From: Macrostomum lignano
Taxonomy: Eukaryota
Length of the DNA: 64,000 nt
NCBI GenBank assembly: GCA_002269645.1
Contig: NIVC01002838.1
Coordinates: 72,315 to 136,314 of the forward strand
Direction: 5' to 3'
Shown piece by piece: positions 62,181-64,000 of this stretch; positions within the stretch are counted from its first letter, which is position 1, and each line of letters begins with the position of its first letter. Below the pieces are notes generated by a model, which made no database searches, had not been told where the DNA came from, and saw nothing but the letters and a program-made list of their open reading frames with translations. The translations under genes were made by a program, and so were the position numbers.

Positions 62181-62641
62181 AAACCACCCTTGCCACAGGC
62201 AATTGCACCAACACGAGTGTCAGCATCAGCAGTACCACGACACCGAGTTGAGGCAGTCGCCGGAAGCGCTCAACTGGAGCTGCCCGCCGCACCAGAGTAC
62301 CGGAGGACGGCGCAGCAGGTTCAGCAGCACCCCCAGATGGAATTAGGTGCGAATTTCTCGGCCATCTTGAACTCCATCCCGAGGCAGCGCCACGATTACT
62401 ACAAATATTTGATCGGGCAGTTAAAAGGCTATCTATATCGTGTGGCCTTGCTTCGCCTAGATGGCAGGGGATTCATGCCTCAGGCTGCCGAGCCAAAGGA
62501 GGTCATCAAAACGCTGCGGCGAGAATTCACCTTTGAGCAAAGTGTAGTGACTGGCTGCTAACTGGCTATTCAGCAGCATTCACTAGCTTTCCTTAAGAGT
62601 TGCTGTGGTCCGCTGCACAGTAGCTCAGTCCACCTGATCGA

Positions 62642-64000
62642 GTGAGAGAGAGATACCCTGTGCTGGGCCTAAGTGTGTACTGCCCGATGACTCATCGCCT
62701 GAGCAGGCGTGTGGCAGCCACACTCAATGTCTTCCCACTCGCGCTGCGAGGCGTACCCGTACGATACAGTAGAGGATTTAATTTTAGGGATGACTCAGGA
62801 GATGAGGAAGAAGATCCATTTGCAGGACTCAACAACCTCGGACGCGACACCAACCCGGACATGATCCGCATGATGCTGCAGGCCATGCAACGTCAGCTTG
62901 ATCTACAGCCTAAGAAGCAGGTCAAGATGAAGAGCTATACGCCATCGCAGGACATCCGCGTTTGGTTAAAGGCTTTCGACCTACGATGCGAAGCAGAAGA
63001 TCTACAGGATGAAAACGATAAGAAGGCCCAATTGCTGGCGAATTTAGACTTAAATTCAGCCTACGCCGCGGTACTTCGCATGAGGCTGCCCGACCGCATC
63101 AGCTATCAACAGCTTCAGCAACGACTAATAGAGAGATTTTCACGACTCTCTGGACCAGACGAATATCGAGAAGAACTCAGAGGCCGCAGCCAGCGCAAGA
63201 ACGAATCAACGGAAGATTACGCAGATGCTCTGCAGGAGCTAGGAGAGCAAGCCTTCCCTTGGCTTGAGCCTCGCCATCTAGAGCAAGAACTGATTGACCA
63301 GTTCCTGCGCGGGATTCGCACGTCATCAGACTGCCGCGAGAAACTTTTCTGGATCCGACCTACGACACTAGCAAAGCCTTGCGAGCACTGAAAAGGATGG
63401 AACTAGTCAAAGACCTGGCTCATCGTTCGAAAGAGCCCCCGGTCAGAATGTTGGACGGGGAGGGACAAGCCTCAAAGGAGCCCAACAACAGCGCCCTTTC
63501 GAAGTTGGAAAAAGTCGTTGAGCAGCAGCAGCATCTACTTAACACGTTGGCATAGCAGGCCACAGCCAATCAAGTGATCGGTCAAGCGAACCGACCGCCG
63601 CACTACACGTGCTATGAGTGTCATCAAGAAGGACACAAGGCGAGAGATTGTCCGTATAGACGCCAATCAACTCAGCAGTTTACGGGAAACGCCGGCCGGA
63701 GGACGTAAACGGCAACGCCCCCCGAGCTCCAGCCCAGGCTATGCAGCCGACACCGAACACGCCCGGAAGAGTATGGCCCCGCAGCCGCGGCAGCTGACTC
63801 GTTCGAGTCGTCAGTAAACGAGGAAACGTTGGATGGAGGTTTCGTGGACGCCTCCTTTGTAAATACTGTCCATGCGCGTGACGCCGATCCATTTATTACA
63901 GGACGAGTGGCTCGACGAGAGGTCGCCTTTCTGCTAGACAGCGGAAGCAGAAGAAACTTCCTCGGAGCGTCCACTTGGGCCGCTATCAGGCGTCGTTTAC
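62642..64000 (+). mobile_element. Decayed Ty3/Gypsy gag (CCHC knuckle) and aspartic protease, running off the window end
   Basis: Retrotransposon-gag-like RSQRKNESTEDYADALQEL...DQFLRGI; frameshift near 63375; TAG at ~63553; CYECHQEGHKARDC at 63610-63651; FLLDSGSRRNF at ~63928-63960. Confidence 0.85.

Noticed and set aside
59578-64000. DIRS/Ngaro-type YR retrotransposon
   Set aside because: The recombinase is Crypton-type with an intron, the adjacent pol fragment is a DDE integrase C-terminus, and a protease is present; none of these fits DIRS.

Overview
Eukaryotic (metazoan invertebrate) genomic DNA, not prokaryotic. It has GT-AG introns, GC-rich exons and roughly 40 different mini/microsatellite arrays; the style is reminiscent of the flatworm Macrostomum, which is inference only. 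I rebuilt spliced genes by hand with consistent exon phases: (1) a calmodulin-like EF-hand gene (-, 1184-3958); (2) a highly divergent alpha-tubulin-derived gene of about 742 aa (+, 7532-10715) with a ~110-aa insertion, a long tail and no catalytic Glu254; (3) a Ca2+/calmodulin-dependent phosphodiesterase PDE1 (-, at least 13141-30583, 13 exons, perhaps extending to 43380); (4) a PKA regulatory-subunit-like gene apparently lacking the dimerisation/docking domain (-, 54134-57134). Mobile elements: a tRNA-headed SINE with a CORE-like domain; a 996-bp mariner derivative with 198-bp TIRs; an intron-containing Crypton/DUF3504-type tyrosine recombinase flanked by imperfect direct repeats and a lox/FRT-like palindrome; and decayed Ty3/Gypsy integrase, gag and protease segments. 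Almost all long ORFs in the supplied track are artefacts of tandem repeats. The best candidates for new biology are the recombinase with its putative recombination sites, the giant pseudo-catalytic tubulin, the Ca2+/cAMP gene neighbourhood, and core motifs shared by unrelated minisatellites.
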